64,000 nt of DNA from Candidatus Hydrogenedentota bacterium (GTDB taxonomy: Bacteria; Hydrogenedentota; Hydrogenedentia; Hydrogenedentales; SLHB01). The stretch's first letter is position 1; every line of letters starts with the position of its first letter. The notes beneath the pieces are model-generated. The model did no database searches and was not told the origin of the DNA. It worked only from the letters and a program-made list of their open reading frames with translations. The translations under genes and the position numbers were made by a program. The stretch covers positions 276,337-340,336 of the forward strand of contig BTWA01000001.1 of NCBI GenBank assembly GCA_045863295.1, written 5' to 3'. Shown piece by piece: positions 1-9,268 of this stretch.

Positions 1-2
1 TT

Positions 3-449
3 CCGGTGAACGAAGGAGCGGGGAACTTTCAGGAATTTCCCGGCACGGCGGGTATCGAGAACATCCAGTTTTTCGTTCCCGACTGCACCATACAAGACAC
101 GTTCCTGTTGCCGGTGCCGGACGCGTTGGGCCTGTTGAACGTGGAGCTGATCGACGTCGACCCAGCGTTGACGGTGGTGCCGGTCGACTATCCCGGGTTT
201 CCCGTTACCCCAAGTGGGGATCACATCACGAACACGTATCCGGCGCATGTGTTTATGCCGTCGGGCGAGATGTTTACGGCCGTGAGCGATCGGGAGCGGT
301 ACGTAATTGAAGTCGGCCAAAAGCCCGACGCGTTGCTCTCGAAGCGGTTTATCGAGCCCTCCGGTCCCTACAACACCCTGGCCAACCGCATGGCGCCGGT
401 GGTGATTGAGCTGTATCGCGGCACCGGCCGATCGCGGATGACGCAATGA
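3..449 (+). CDS. 5'-truncated ORF, probably the C-terminus of a GspH/FimT-like minor pilin
   Basis: The frame is open from the window edge and its stop overlaps the next ATG (ATGA 446-449). The call rests mainly on its position before I/J/K-like pilins; the N-terminus is not visible. Confidence 0.45.
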   Translation, partial: PVNEGAGNFQEFPGTAGIENIQFFVPDCTIQDTFLLPVPDALGLLNVELIDVDPALTVVPVDYPGFPVTPSGDHITNTYPAHVFMPSGEMFTAVSDRERYVIEVGQKPDALLSKRFIEPSGPYNTLANRMAPVVIELYRGTGRSRMTQ

Positions 450-913
450 GAAACGAGATGGTCATGGAAATGCACGAAACCGGACGCGGAAACCTTGGCG
501 CCGCGCGGCCCCGCCGCGAGGCCGGCTTTTCGCTGGTGGAGATGTTGATCGCGCTGGCGATATTGCTGGTGGGCGTGGCGGGCGCGTTTCAGTTGTTTCC
601 GCGCAGCATGCGTCAGGCGCGCCAGGCGCAGGAGCTGCAGGCGATCTCCGAGTTGGCGGATTCCAATTTCGGTCGCGTGAAATTCAGCGGCGCTCGGTCG
701 TTGTGGCTGGGCAATCTGGAATTCGATACCGCGCTCCGGCTGGTGAACGGACAGGGCCAGTATCTGTACGACGGGTATGTGACCTCGGTGACCCGCGTGG
801 GCAACGCGGCGGAACAGTACGCGTCGAGCAACTATTTGCAGCGTGTGGTATTCAGCGTGGTGATGCCGGACGGTCGCCGCGAACAGTTCGTGACGTATGT
901 TACGGAACCGTAG
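446..913 (+). CDS. Prepilin-type minor pilin (GspI/PilV-like)
   Basis: Class III signal RREAG|FSLVEMLIALAILLVGVAGAF with Glu5; small size. Confidence 0.85.
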   Translation: MRNEMVMEMHETGRGNLGAARPRREAGFSLVEMLIALAILLVGVAGAFQLFPRSMRQARQAQELQAISELADSNFGRVKFSGARSLWLGNLEFDTALRLVNGQGQYLYDGYVTSVTRVGNAAEQYASSNYLQRVVFSVVMPDGRREQFVTYVTEP

Positions 914-923
914 GACGAACGAC

Positions 924-2078
924 ATGCGGCGGCATTCTTCATATGGTTTTACCCTGACCGAACTGCTGGTGGCCGTGGCCATTCTGGCGGTGGTGTTCAC
1001 GTCGATCGTCGCCATTTTTGTTGCCAGTGTGCGCGCCATGAAGACCAGCTTCGTGGCGATGGACGCCAACGAACTCGCGCGCACGTCATTCACGACGGTC
1101 GAGAAAGATTTGAAGACGCTCTATGCATCGCGCGATTTCGGCCAGTACTACCAATTTCACGGCACGCCCGTGGGGTTCAGCGGCATTGGCCTGATTCGCA
1201 ACACCCGCGCTTCCGCCGATACCTATTCGCAACTTGGCCGCGTGACCTATGCGCTGTTTCCCAACCCGCAGCCGAATGCGGGCACCGAAGGCGATTTCAG
1301 CGGGTTTGACGGCTACTACAGCTACAACGTGGACGCCACCGGCACGCCGCTGAACGTGACCACGATGTCGCTGGTACGTTTTGTGGAGCCGGGCATCACC
1401 TCGCTCGATCATTATCCCCCGGAATTCTGGGAGACGCTGATGACCGATCCCGAGTTCGGCACCGGCGTAGCGGCGGTCCTCTCGACGGCCTGCAACTGCG
1501 ATCCGTTGAATCCGGTCCAGGTGGCGAGCCTTACGCCCGAGCGCGAGACGTTGCTGAACGCCGCGAAGCGATCGCTGTGGGTAAACCTTATGGCATGGCA
1601 GTTCGAGCCCGGCGTGATTGACCCTGATCTGCAATCGCTGAATGTGTGGGACGGGTTGCTGCGGCCCACGTTTACACTCAATCCGGCGGATTACGTGATT
1701 ACGGAATCGATCCGTACGCCCAACCTGCTCGATCCCGCGTACAACCCGCTGGATACGAATCAAGCTTTTTTCTCGTACGGCGTTCAGTACGAAGGGAACA
1801 CGCTGGGCCAGGGGCTGGAGATGCGTCCCTTCTGGCCGCATTGGGCGCGGCTGGACAGTTGGTCCACGCTGGCCAATCTGAGCAATGCGCAGAATATGTT
1901 TGCGGTTCACAGTATTTACTACGGCAATTTGTCGCCGTTTGCGCCGCGCGTGCCCGAGATGGTCATGGTGCGATTCCCGATGACCTTCGCCAGCCCGTAT
2001 CCCGGCGCGCCGGAGTATTCACGAGAGTTGGAAATTATGGTGGATGTGCCCGTGGGGCAGATGCGGAATCCGCAATGA
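924..2078 (+). CDS. Prepilin-type minor pilin (GspJ/PilW-like)
   Basis: MRRHSSYG|FTLTELLVAVAILAVVF with Glu5. ATG 924 follows the upstream stop at 913. A C-terminal PEMVMVRF strand is typical of J-like pilins. Confidence 0.85.
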   Translation: MRRHSSYGFTLTELLVAVAILAVVFTSIVAIFVASVRAMKTSFVAMDANELARTSFTTVEKDLKTLYASRDFGQYYQFHGTPVGFSGIGLIRNTRASADTYSQLGRVTYALFPNPQPNAGTEGDFSGFDGYYSYNVDATGTPLNVTTMSLVRFVEPGITSLDHYPPEFWETLMTDPEFGTGVAAVLSTACNCDPLNPVQVASLTPERETLLNAAKRSLWVNLMAWQFEPGVIDPDLQSLNVWDGLLRPTFTLNPADYVITESIRTPNLLDPAYNPLDTNQAFFSYGVQYEGNTLGQGLEMRPFWPHWARLDSWSTLANLSNAQNMFAVHSIYYGNLSPFAPRVPEMVMVRFPMTFASPYPGAPEYSRELEIMVDVPVGQMRNPQ

Positions 2079-5000
2079 CGATGCAATACGAACATACCCG
2101 CAGGTCCAAGGCGGAGCTTTTCGGACGTGCGTTCCCAAGCAGAAGCTTGGGAACGAGGAAGGAAGGACGTGCGTTCCCAAGCAGAAGCTTGGGAATGAGG
2201 AAGGAAGGACGTGCGTTCCCAAGCAGGAGCTTGGGAACGAGGAAAGAAAATGGGCAGCGCGGGGCGGCCTTGCTGGTGGCCATTGGGATCCTGGCCGTGC
2301 TGCTGGCATTGGCGCTGGTGTTTTTCGGCACCAGCCGGGTGGAACTGCGCACCGCGCAGAACGCGAAGAACAGCGTTCAATCGGATTGGCTGGCGCAAGG
2401 CGCGAGCGCGATGGCCATGGCGACCCTGCAGAGCGACGGCGTGCTGCATCCGACCGCGACCTCGCTCGATCACAAATGGAAGACGCTGTATAACGGCCTG
2501 TGGTTTCTGGGCAAGGATTGGGCATTAAACCCGAGCGCGTCGCACCTTCCCAACGTGCGCGCGGATGTTTTGTACAGTACCCTGAGCGGTCCCGAGGCCA
2601 AGGCTCTGTGGGATCAGGATTTTCTATACATTCCCCGCGAACAGGGCAACTCCATTGCCAATTCCGTCGATTTTACCGGTCCGTTCCTGACGTCGTTCAA
2701 CTTCGCGGACGTGAACGCATTTACCATTGAAGAGCAGGTTCACCAGTGGCTTGGCGGCGATAATCCGCTCAGCAACTGGGGCGCGGACAACAACGGCGAC
2801 GGACTCCTCGATTCCTATTGGCTGCCGATGCCGCAAGACGTGTATTACGGCGGACTGGACGTCAACACCGATGGTTTCATCGACGCCAGCGAGGGCGGCG
2901 ACGGCATCGACAACGATCTCGACGGCGAGATTGACGAGGCTGACGAGTTGGCACTTTTTGTTTACTGGGGCGGGCGCGATCAACTCGACAACGACGGCGA
3001 CAGCCTTGTGGACGAAGGCGACGAACAACGTATCTTTGTGACGGCGCCCATTGTGCAACGCGTGTGGAATCCCGTCGCTGAAGTATGGCTCACCTATACA
3101 TTGCTGCAGGATTTTTCGCCGCTGGTGAACCCGGCCGTTCTTGAGGCCTATGCTGGCGGGACCGTCGGTTCCGCCGCGCTGAGCGTCAGCCCGGCCTACA
3201 ACTCGCCGACCGTCGACGTGCTCGACAACGATTACAGTATGATAGGGAATGATTCCTATGGATACATTTATCTTGACGCAGGAAATGAGGATGAATATAC
3301 GGCGAATACGACAGATGAAATCAACTATCCGAAGAAGTACCACAATATAGGGGACGCGTACAGGTCATTTTTTAATCAAGTTGCGATCAATGATTTGGCA
3401 GATTATTTCCGGCTTGCCAAGCAGTCTGGCTTGATAGATTTCGATCCGCTTGATCCGGATCACCTATTGGGACCGCCGGAGCGGTCGAATTCAGCATTCC
3501 AGGTCACGGCAAGCGGCGAAGCCGTCTGCTCATTGGCGGGGCGCGTGGCCGTGTTGATCACCGACGAATCCAGCCGGGTGAATCTGAATACCGCGTCAGG
3601 CCTTGCGTTGAACGACAACTTTCCCTCGCCATCCAATGCGAATGCGATTCAGTCGCCCGCGGATCCCACGGCGACGGAAGTTACTTTTGCGTCCAATCTG
3701 GGTGCGACGCCCTACGAATACGATTCCCGCGTATTGCCGTTGATCGGCCCGGATCGCGCCACGCGGTTTCCGCAGTTTCGCGGCGGCGTGAACAGCGGCA
3801 ACGGCTTTTCCACCACGACCGGTGGCCCCTATGCCGGCACGGCCGATTCCCTGGAATGGGACATGGCGTTTCCGGGCTTCGGCCGCGTGGACGACGACGG
3901 CAACGCCTTCTGGCTCAGCATCGACGGCATCGACAACGACGGCGATGGGCTTACGGACGAATTTTACGAAGGCATCGACGAACCGTCCGAGTTCCGGACG
4001 TTCCGTCCGTACCGTAACCGGATTGCGGAAAGCGACAACGATCTTTCGCTGCTCGACGACGACGAACTGGTGAACGAGATTGGGGAAGCCGGCGATCAGG
4101 CGTTTCTCATTCGCGACAACATGGAGCAGCTCGATGACATCGGCACGGCGATCACCAGCGGTCTGCGCGATCTCGTCACCGTGCATTCCCGCGATGCGAA
4201 CGAGCGCAATCGCATTTATAGTGGGCTGAACGAGACGCTGGGCGTGCAGGGCGGATCCTCCGACATCAGCGGGTTGAAGCTGGACACGAATTTCTCGTCG
4301 GGCGTCAACATCGCCCAGGCGATCCGCGAGAATTGGTTTTACCCGCGCAGCACCTTGATGATGCATGCAATCAACGTGGGTCAGTTCGGCAACCCAGATC
4401 CAATTCCACTAGTTGCAACGGATCCCCCGTTCACGTCGCCCTACTTCACGGTTGACGATATGCTAGTTGCGAATCCGGTGAATCCACCTACATCTGTACC
4501 AAGTTTTCACGAATTGGGGTCATTTGCTCGTGCGTTGCGTGTGTATGATCGCGCGCTTTTCAACACGCCGTTTGGCGAACTGGTGCGACACTATCCAGAT
4601 CCGGTAAATCCTTACTCTGCGCAAATTCCCTTTGATGGAGACGAACCCTATCATTACTGGATCAATGGTAATTCGCTGGACAACTACGCCGTAGGGTTCG
4701 ATGCGGACCCTGAATTGCGCGCGTTGCAGTTGGGGGCGAGCATTGAGGACTTCCGCGACTCCGACCACACGCGCACGGTGTTGACCTCGACCATGCTGGA
4801 CCATTGGTGGCAGGAAGCCGTGGCGCCGGCGGTGTTGCCGCAGATTGTGTACAAGGTTGCGGGCGTGGAGAGCGTGCGGATCACCGAATTCATGGCGCGT
4901 CCCGTGCGCCGGATGGAAGCGGAGGCGACGGTGAATCCGGTACAGGCCGGTTACTCCATCAATCTCGATCCCAACGTATTCACGGATGCGAGCGCGGGAG

Positions 5001-8000
5001 TGGGCCCGGATTTTGATTTTGCCATTGACTCCATGGCGGCCCGCACGGGGTTTGTGGTGCCCGCGGGCGGGCTTGCGTGGCAGCGCAGGCCCGTGGATCC
5101 GGCCAACCTGAACCCGTTCATCGGATCGGGCACCATGGTGAGCAGCAACGCGCAATTGATCGGCGACACCGATACCGCGCCGACAATTATCCGGCCCAAC
5201 ATTGTCCAATACGAATTTGCTCCGACCACGCAATTGCCCCCCGGCAAGTATTACCTGACCGTGAATACGACCGGCACGGCGGGCGTGAGCAACTCCGAGT
5301 TTTTGTTTGCGGTAAAGGTCGGTCTGAGTTCCTCCGATGGCGGCCAGAGCATTCTGGACGACGCATTGGCGTACTATGCCGATCCGTTGAATCCGAATCT
5401 GGTCGATCCGGTGGCGTTGTTTGGCACCGCGTTGCATGAATCGCCCATTGCGGGCCGCTATAACATGGACTTGCAGGCCGATCCGGTGGTGCCCGGCAAT
5501 TTGCCAAGCGGCTGGGTATTTCTGCCGACGACCGAAGGGCCGCTGAATGCGGAAACGCAATTAGGCGTCACTAACAACCGGTATGCCGGTTACGGCGGCT
5601 TCGTGGGCTACACCGTGGAAGTGCCGTCGTTTCAGCCGGTGGGCCAGCGTTTGAGCTTGTACGTGGCGGTGATGAAGTCGGTCAACAACACCAATGAACT
5701 GGCCCTCAACTTCTTCGACTTCAGCCAGGAACCCGATCACGAGTGGGTGGAGCTGACGAATATTGCCGAGACCGCGGTGGACGTGAGCAACTGGGATCTG
5801 CAAATCAGTCCCGGCGGTTCGCTGGCCGATGGCGGGGTGTTCTCCATTCCCCAGGGCACGACCATCGCGCCGAACGGGTCAATCCTGCTTGCGATGAACA
5901 AATTCGATGCACATGTCGCCGATATCGCGCAGGAGACCCCGGGTTCGGCCGCGTCAGACAACTTGACGGCGTTGTACAACTCCTCGCTGCTGAGTCATAC
6001 CGGCATCGCGCTTGCGCGCACTGTGGGAGGCGCGTTTGATTTCATAACGGAACCGCCCCTTCCGATGTACGATCCCATCGCAAGCGCGGTTGCGGCGTAT
6101 AGCACGGCCGTGCCCCCGAACAGCGTGCCCATAGCCGATGACATTGGCGCGCAAAGCATGTTCCTGCGCCGTTCGGATGCGGACTTTCTGGACAACGACG
6201 GCGACGGTCGCGACGATGGCGCCAATGCCGACGCCCTGATCGAGTCTTCGCCCAGCGGAGCGGGATCGGGTAATTTGAATTTCAACGGTCTGGCGACCGG
6301 CGGCACCAACAAGGCATGGGACCGGATCGTGCAGCTACAGTCCCCGGCATTGTCCGTGAATTCGCTGGAGCGGCTGGCGGCCGTGGTATTGGGTGGCGGA
6401 TTCCTGCCGAACTATCCGGAGTTCGACATCGTTGACAACGACAGCGACAACGGGTTGCTGGTGAACGACGGCATCGACAACGATGGCGACGGCGGGATCG
6501 ATGAGGCCGATGAAGGCGTTGAAGAAGGGCGCTTCCGGCGCATCACGGCGGGCCAGAGCGTGCCCGGTTCGTACAGCGCCACGCCCGTGGCCTATAACGT
6601 GCCCGGGTTCACCGATCGCGAGTATATGACGAACCTGGACGGGCCGCCGGAATTCAAGGCGTTCGTGGAACGGCGCTATTTCCCCGGCGAGAACGCCGTG
6701 GTCACCTTGTATCAGGGGGCCGAAGAACTGGGCCGCGTGGTGGATCGCGTCACCTACAACCAGAAAGACGTGGAGAACCGCGCGATCCACGACATCCTGG
6801 ATTGCCCGTATCCGTTGGCGGCCCGGTTGGACGGCGCGACGGCGGGATTCTGGCCGGATAATACGATGGGCGTGGATTTTTACCGTTCGCTGCAGCGCAA
6901 ACATCCGTTGTATCCCGGCGATATGTTTGCGACAAGCAACCGCTGGGAAGCGACGGACGGCAACTACGACGATTGGCACGAGGGCACGAACCGCTGGCAC
7001 TACAACGGCACGACGTTGGTGTCGCGTTTGCAGGGCGCGAGCAGCGGATTCGATTCGATCGACTACGCGCAGTTGTACGGGCATGGTTTCTCCGGCGCAC
7101 CGCTTCGCGCGAAGCATTTCCAGCGTGAGTTGATGCTGCATCAAATGGACTTTTTCCCGCTGGTCAATCCGGGGCAGGAATTCTGGGGCTTCCTGACGGC
7201 CAAAGTGCGGAACCGCACGCTGGGTTCGTCCGGCGATCTGCTTACGATGCCGCAGATGATTTTGTGGAAGTACATGGATTACCCGCAGGCGGCGACGCTG
7301 ACGGCATTCCCGATGGGGCTGGATGCTTTGCCGTTGAACGGGGCCGTGGGCGGGCGTTCCGGTCCGCTGCTGGGCAACGCCTATCCGAAGGATATCCGGT
7401 CGGTGTTGGCCGAAACCACGACCGATTCCATCACGCTGGCCGTGGGCACGGCGGGATTCTATCCGCTATGGCCGACGCCGTCGATGACTTTGGCCGATAA
7501 CGACGCCGTGTTGTGGGACGTGTCCGGCAACAACATCAACGCCGTGACGCGGGGCTGGGCTCCGGTATTCCTGTATTCACTGGACCCGGCGGGCACGGAA
7601 CCCCCCAACACCATCATCAGCAACGGGTCACGGTATCCGAATCTGCCTGCGTCGTATCCAATCCAACTGAATTTTCTGTTGAATCCGTCGTTGCCGCCGG
7701 CGTTCACAAATTTTGGAGACGTGGCGGCCAATCTCATTCCGCGTTGGCCGTTGCCGCAGCGCGCGGTGATGTATGTCGCGGCGAATCCGGCATCGTTCGA
7801 TCCGCGACTTGCGGAACAGGAAATGATCGCGTCCGGCGCGGGCGATGTGTTGAACGATCTCAGCATTCCGGCGGATTCGGGCGCACCGTTCAATGCGCGC
7901 ATGCCTTCGGAATCGCTGTTCACGTGGTCTGGCGATAACGCGGTGCCTAACGGTGAATACGACGTGTACGTGGCCTCGGGCAACTACCTCGATGGCAACC

Positions 8001-9067
8001 GCATGGTGAATTTCCAGGCTGGCGGCCGGTTATCTCTGTTCGGTCAGGCATTCGCCAACGTGGCGAGCGACGCGACCGCGCAATCCTTGTTCAATGCGGG
8101 CATGTTGTTCTCCCTGTTTCAGGCGGAGAACGCGGTGCCAACCGATCTGCGGGTAGACGTGGCGGTCTTTACCGATCGCGACGGCGACGGGCGTGTCTGG
8201 CAGGACGACGGCGACAACGAAGTCACGCGCGACGATTTGAATCCCGCCGAGAACATTGGCTTAAAGCGCGGGTTGGAGCCGAATTCCAACGGATACGAGA
8301 CGTATGTGCATTACGGCACGGTGCGGGTGGAGAACAATTTCCTGGCGGTGTTTGTGCGCAATTGGGCGGGGCCCAACCAGGTGAACCGGTTCTCGCGCGT
8401 GATTTTGTCGCCGCGGAGGCACACGCCGGGCCGCATCAACATCAATACAGCGATCACCAAGGTGCGGAATCTGGGCGGGTCGGCGATTCCGTTCAATCCG
8501 CTGTTGGGTATCCCGGGCGTTCTGGGCCAATACGACATTGCCACCGGGTTCAATGCGCGCCCGGTGTCCGACACGACGTTAATCAGTCCGCTGACCGTTG
8601 CCTGGCAGGAAGCGTATTTGCTGTTGACCGGTACGGCGAGCACGGAAGGCATCATGCAGACGCGTGGCGCGCGCGACAACAACGGCGTCTTCGAGTTTCG
8701 TCCGGACGGGCGGTATTACCTGTTCCCGTCGGAGTTGGTGGCGCGGGGCGATTTGGATGCGTATGCGCGGATGGATCGGTTGGAGCTGTATCCGCGGGTG
8801 TTGTCTCCGAACGCGCCGACGTTGGGCGGATCGGAAGATGTGGTCACTGGCAACGAGATCCTTGCGTCCCAATTCGAGGAAACCAAGGAGCGGTTTTCGC
8901 GCATGGCGGCGATGGTCACCACGCGATCGGACGTATTCGAAATTGTGGTGACCGCGCAAGCCGGGTTCGCGACGGATGAGAACGGCGACGGGGTGGCGGA
9001 TTGGACGAGCGACGAGTTTGTGGTGCTCGGCGAGAAGAAGTTGCGGACGGTGTATGAGCGGCCGTGA
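2075..9067 (+). CDS. Giant GspK/PilX-like minor pilin (~2330 aa) with DxDxDG Ca-binding loops and lamin-tail-like segments
   Basis: ATGA coupling at 2075. QRG|AALLVAIGILAVLLALAL lacks Glu5, as in GspK/PilX. GspK-type motifs ITDESSRVNLNTA, GRININTA and TTRSDVFEIVVTAQ; repeated DGIDNDGDG..DE; EWVELTN...VDVSNW. Confidence 0.85.
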   Translation: MTMQYEHTRRSKAELFGRAFPSRSLGTRKEGRAFPSRSLGMRKEGRAFPSRSLGTRKENGQRGAALLVAIGILAVLLALALVFFGTSRVELRTAQNAKNSVQSDWLAQGASAMAMATLQSDGVLHPTATSLDHKWKTLYNGLWFLGKDWALNPSASHLPNVRADVLYSTLSGPEAKALWDQDFLYIPREQGNSIANSVDFTGPFLTSFNFADVNAFTIEEQVHQWLGGDNPLSNWGADNNGDGLLDSYWLPMPQDVYYGGLDVNTDGFIDASEGGDGIDNDLDGEIDEADELALFVYWGGRDQLDNDGDSLVDEGDEQRIFVTAPIVQRVWNPVAEVWLTYTLLQDFSPLVNPAVLEAYAGGTVGSAALSVSPAYNSPTVDVLDNDYSMIGNDSYGYIYLDAGNEDEYTANTTDEINYPKKYHNIGDAYRSFFNQVAINDLADYFRLAKQSGLIDFDPLDPDHLLGPPERSNSAFQVTASGEAVCSLAGRVAVLITDESSRVNLNTASGLALNDNFPSPSNANAIQSPADPTATEVTFASNLGATPYEYDSRVLPLIGPDRATRFPQFRGGVNSGNGFSTTTGGPYAGTADSLEWDMAFPGFGRVDDDGNAFWLSIDGIDNDGDGLTDEFYEGIDEPSEFRTFRPYRNRIAESDNDLSLLDDDELVNEIGEAGDQAFLIRDNMEQLDDIGTAITSGLRDLVTVHSRDANERNRIYSGLNETLGVQGGSSDISGLKLDTNFSSGVNIAQAIRENWFYPRSTLMMHAINVGQFGNPDPIPLVATDPPFTSPYFTVDDMLVANPVNPPTSVPSFHELGSFARALRVYDRALFNTPFGELVRHYPDPVNPYSAQIPFDGDEPYHYWINGNSLDNYAVGFDADPELRALQLGASIEDFRDSDHTRTVLTSTMLDHWWQEAVAPAVLPQIVYKVAGVESVRITEFMARPVRRMEAEATVNPVQAGYSINLDPNVFTDASAGVGPDFDFAIDSMAARTGFVVPAGGLAWQRRPVDPANLNPFIGSGTMVSSNAQLIGDTDTAPTIIRPNIVQYEFAPTTQLPPGKYYLTVNTTGTAGVSNSEFLFAVKVGLSSSDGGQSILDDALAYYADPLNPNLVDPVALFGTALHESPIAGRYNMDLQADPVVPGNLPSGWVFLPTTEGPLNAETQLGVTNNRYAGYGGFVGYTVEVPSFQPVGQRLSLYVAVMKSVNNTNELALNFFDFSQEPDHEWVELTNIAETAVDVSNWDLQISPGGSLADGGVFSIPQGTTIAPNGSILLAMNKFDAHVADIAQETPGSAASDNLTALYNSSLLSHTGIALARTVGGAFDFITEPPLPMYDPIASAVAAYSTAVPPNSVPIADDIGAQSMFLRRSDADFLDNDGDGRDDGANADALIESSPSGAGSGNLNFNGLATGGTNKAWDRIVQLQSPALSVNSLERLAAVVLGGGFLPNYPEFDIVDNDSDNGLLVNDGIDNDGDGGIDEADEGVEEGRFRRITAGQSVPGSYSATPVAYNVPGFTDREYMTNLDGPPEFKAFVERRYFPGENAVVTLYQGAEELGRVVDRVTYNQKDVENRAIHDILDCPYPLAARLDGATAGFWPDNTMGVDFYRSLQRKHPLYPGDMFATSNRWEATDGNYDDWHEGTNRWHYNGTTLVSRLQGASSGFDSIDYAQLYGHGFSGAPLRAKHFQRELMLHQMDFFPLVNPGQEFWGFLTAKVRNRTLGSSGDLLTMPQMILWKYMDYPQAATLTAFPMGLDALPLNGAVGGRSGPLLGNAYPKDIRSVLAETTTDSITLAVGTAGFYPLWPTPSMTLADNDAVLWDVSGNNINAVTRGWAPVFLYSLDPAGTEPPNTIISNGSRYPNLPASYPIQLNFLLNPSLPPAFTNFGDVAANLIPRWPLPQRAVMYVAANPASFDPRLAEQEMIASGAGDVLNDLSIPADSGAPFNARMPSESLFTWSGDNAVPNGEYDVYVASGNYLDGNRMVNFQAGGRLSLFGQAFANVASDATAQSLFNAGMLFSLFQAENAVPTDLRVDVAVFTDRDGDGRVWQDDGDNEVTRDDLNPAENIGLKRGLEPNSNGYETYVHYGTVRVENNFLAVFVRNWAGPNQVNRFSRVILSPRRHTPGRININTAITKVRNLGGSAIPFNPLLGIPGVLGQYDIATGFNARPVSDTTLISPLTVAWQEAYLLLTGTASTEGIMQTRGARDNNGVFEFRPDGRYYLFPSELVARGDLDAYARMDRLELYPRVLSPNAPTLGGSEDVVTGNEILASQFEETKERFSRMAAMVTTRSDVFEIVVTAQAGFATDENGDGVADWTSDEFVVLGEKKLRTVYERP
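2123..2248 (+). repeat. 3 x 42-bp tandem palindromic (REP-like) repeat, in frame within the prepilin leader
   Basis: Unit GGACGTGCGTTCCCAAGCAGAAGCTTGGGAACGAGGAAGGAA starts at 2123, 2165 and 2207. It contains the stem CGTTCCCAAGC/GCTTGGGAACG and encodes GRAFPSRSLG(T/M)RKE x3. Confidence 0.95.
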
Positions 9068-9268
9068 AGACGGCCCGAGGCGGGATTTTGTCCGGCGCCT
9101 CGGCCTAAGGGAATTGCTTTAACCATTCGGGGATGGGCCGCGGTAGTGGCTCATGGGTTCGTGGGTTTCGTAGAGCAGGTCTGAGCCGATGGGCTGCAGG
9201 CCCGGGGCATAACGGCACTTCGCCGTGGATTGCCTCGGCCGCCGGACCTGAAACAGGAGTCGTAGTGC

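Noticed and set aside
1646..2074. N-terminal extension of the 2473-aa ORF
   Set aside because: It overlaps the J-like pilin gene; ATGA coupling at 2075 and the prepilin motif define the start.
2123..2248. CRISPR array
   Set aside because: The palindromic units are directly adjacent with no unique spacers, lie in frame in a CDS, and have no cas genes nearby.
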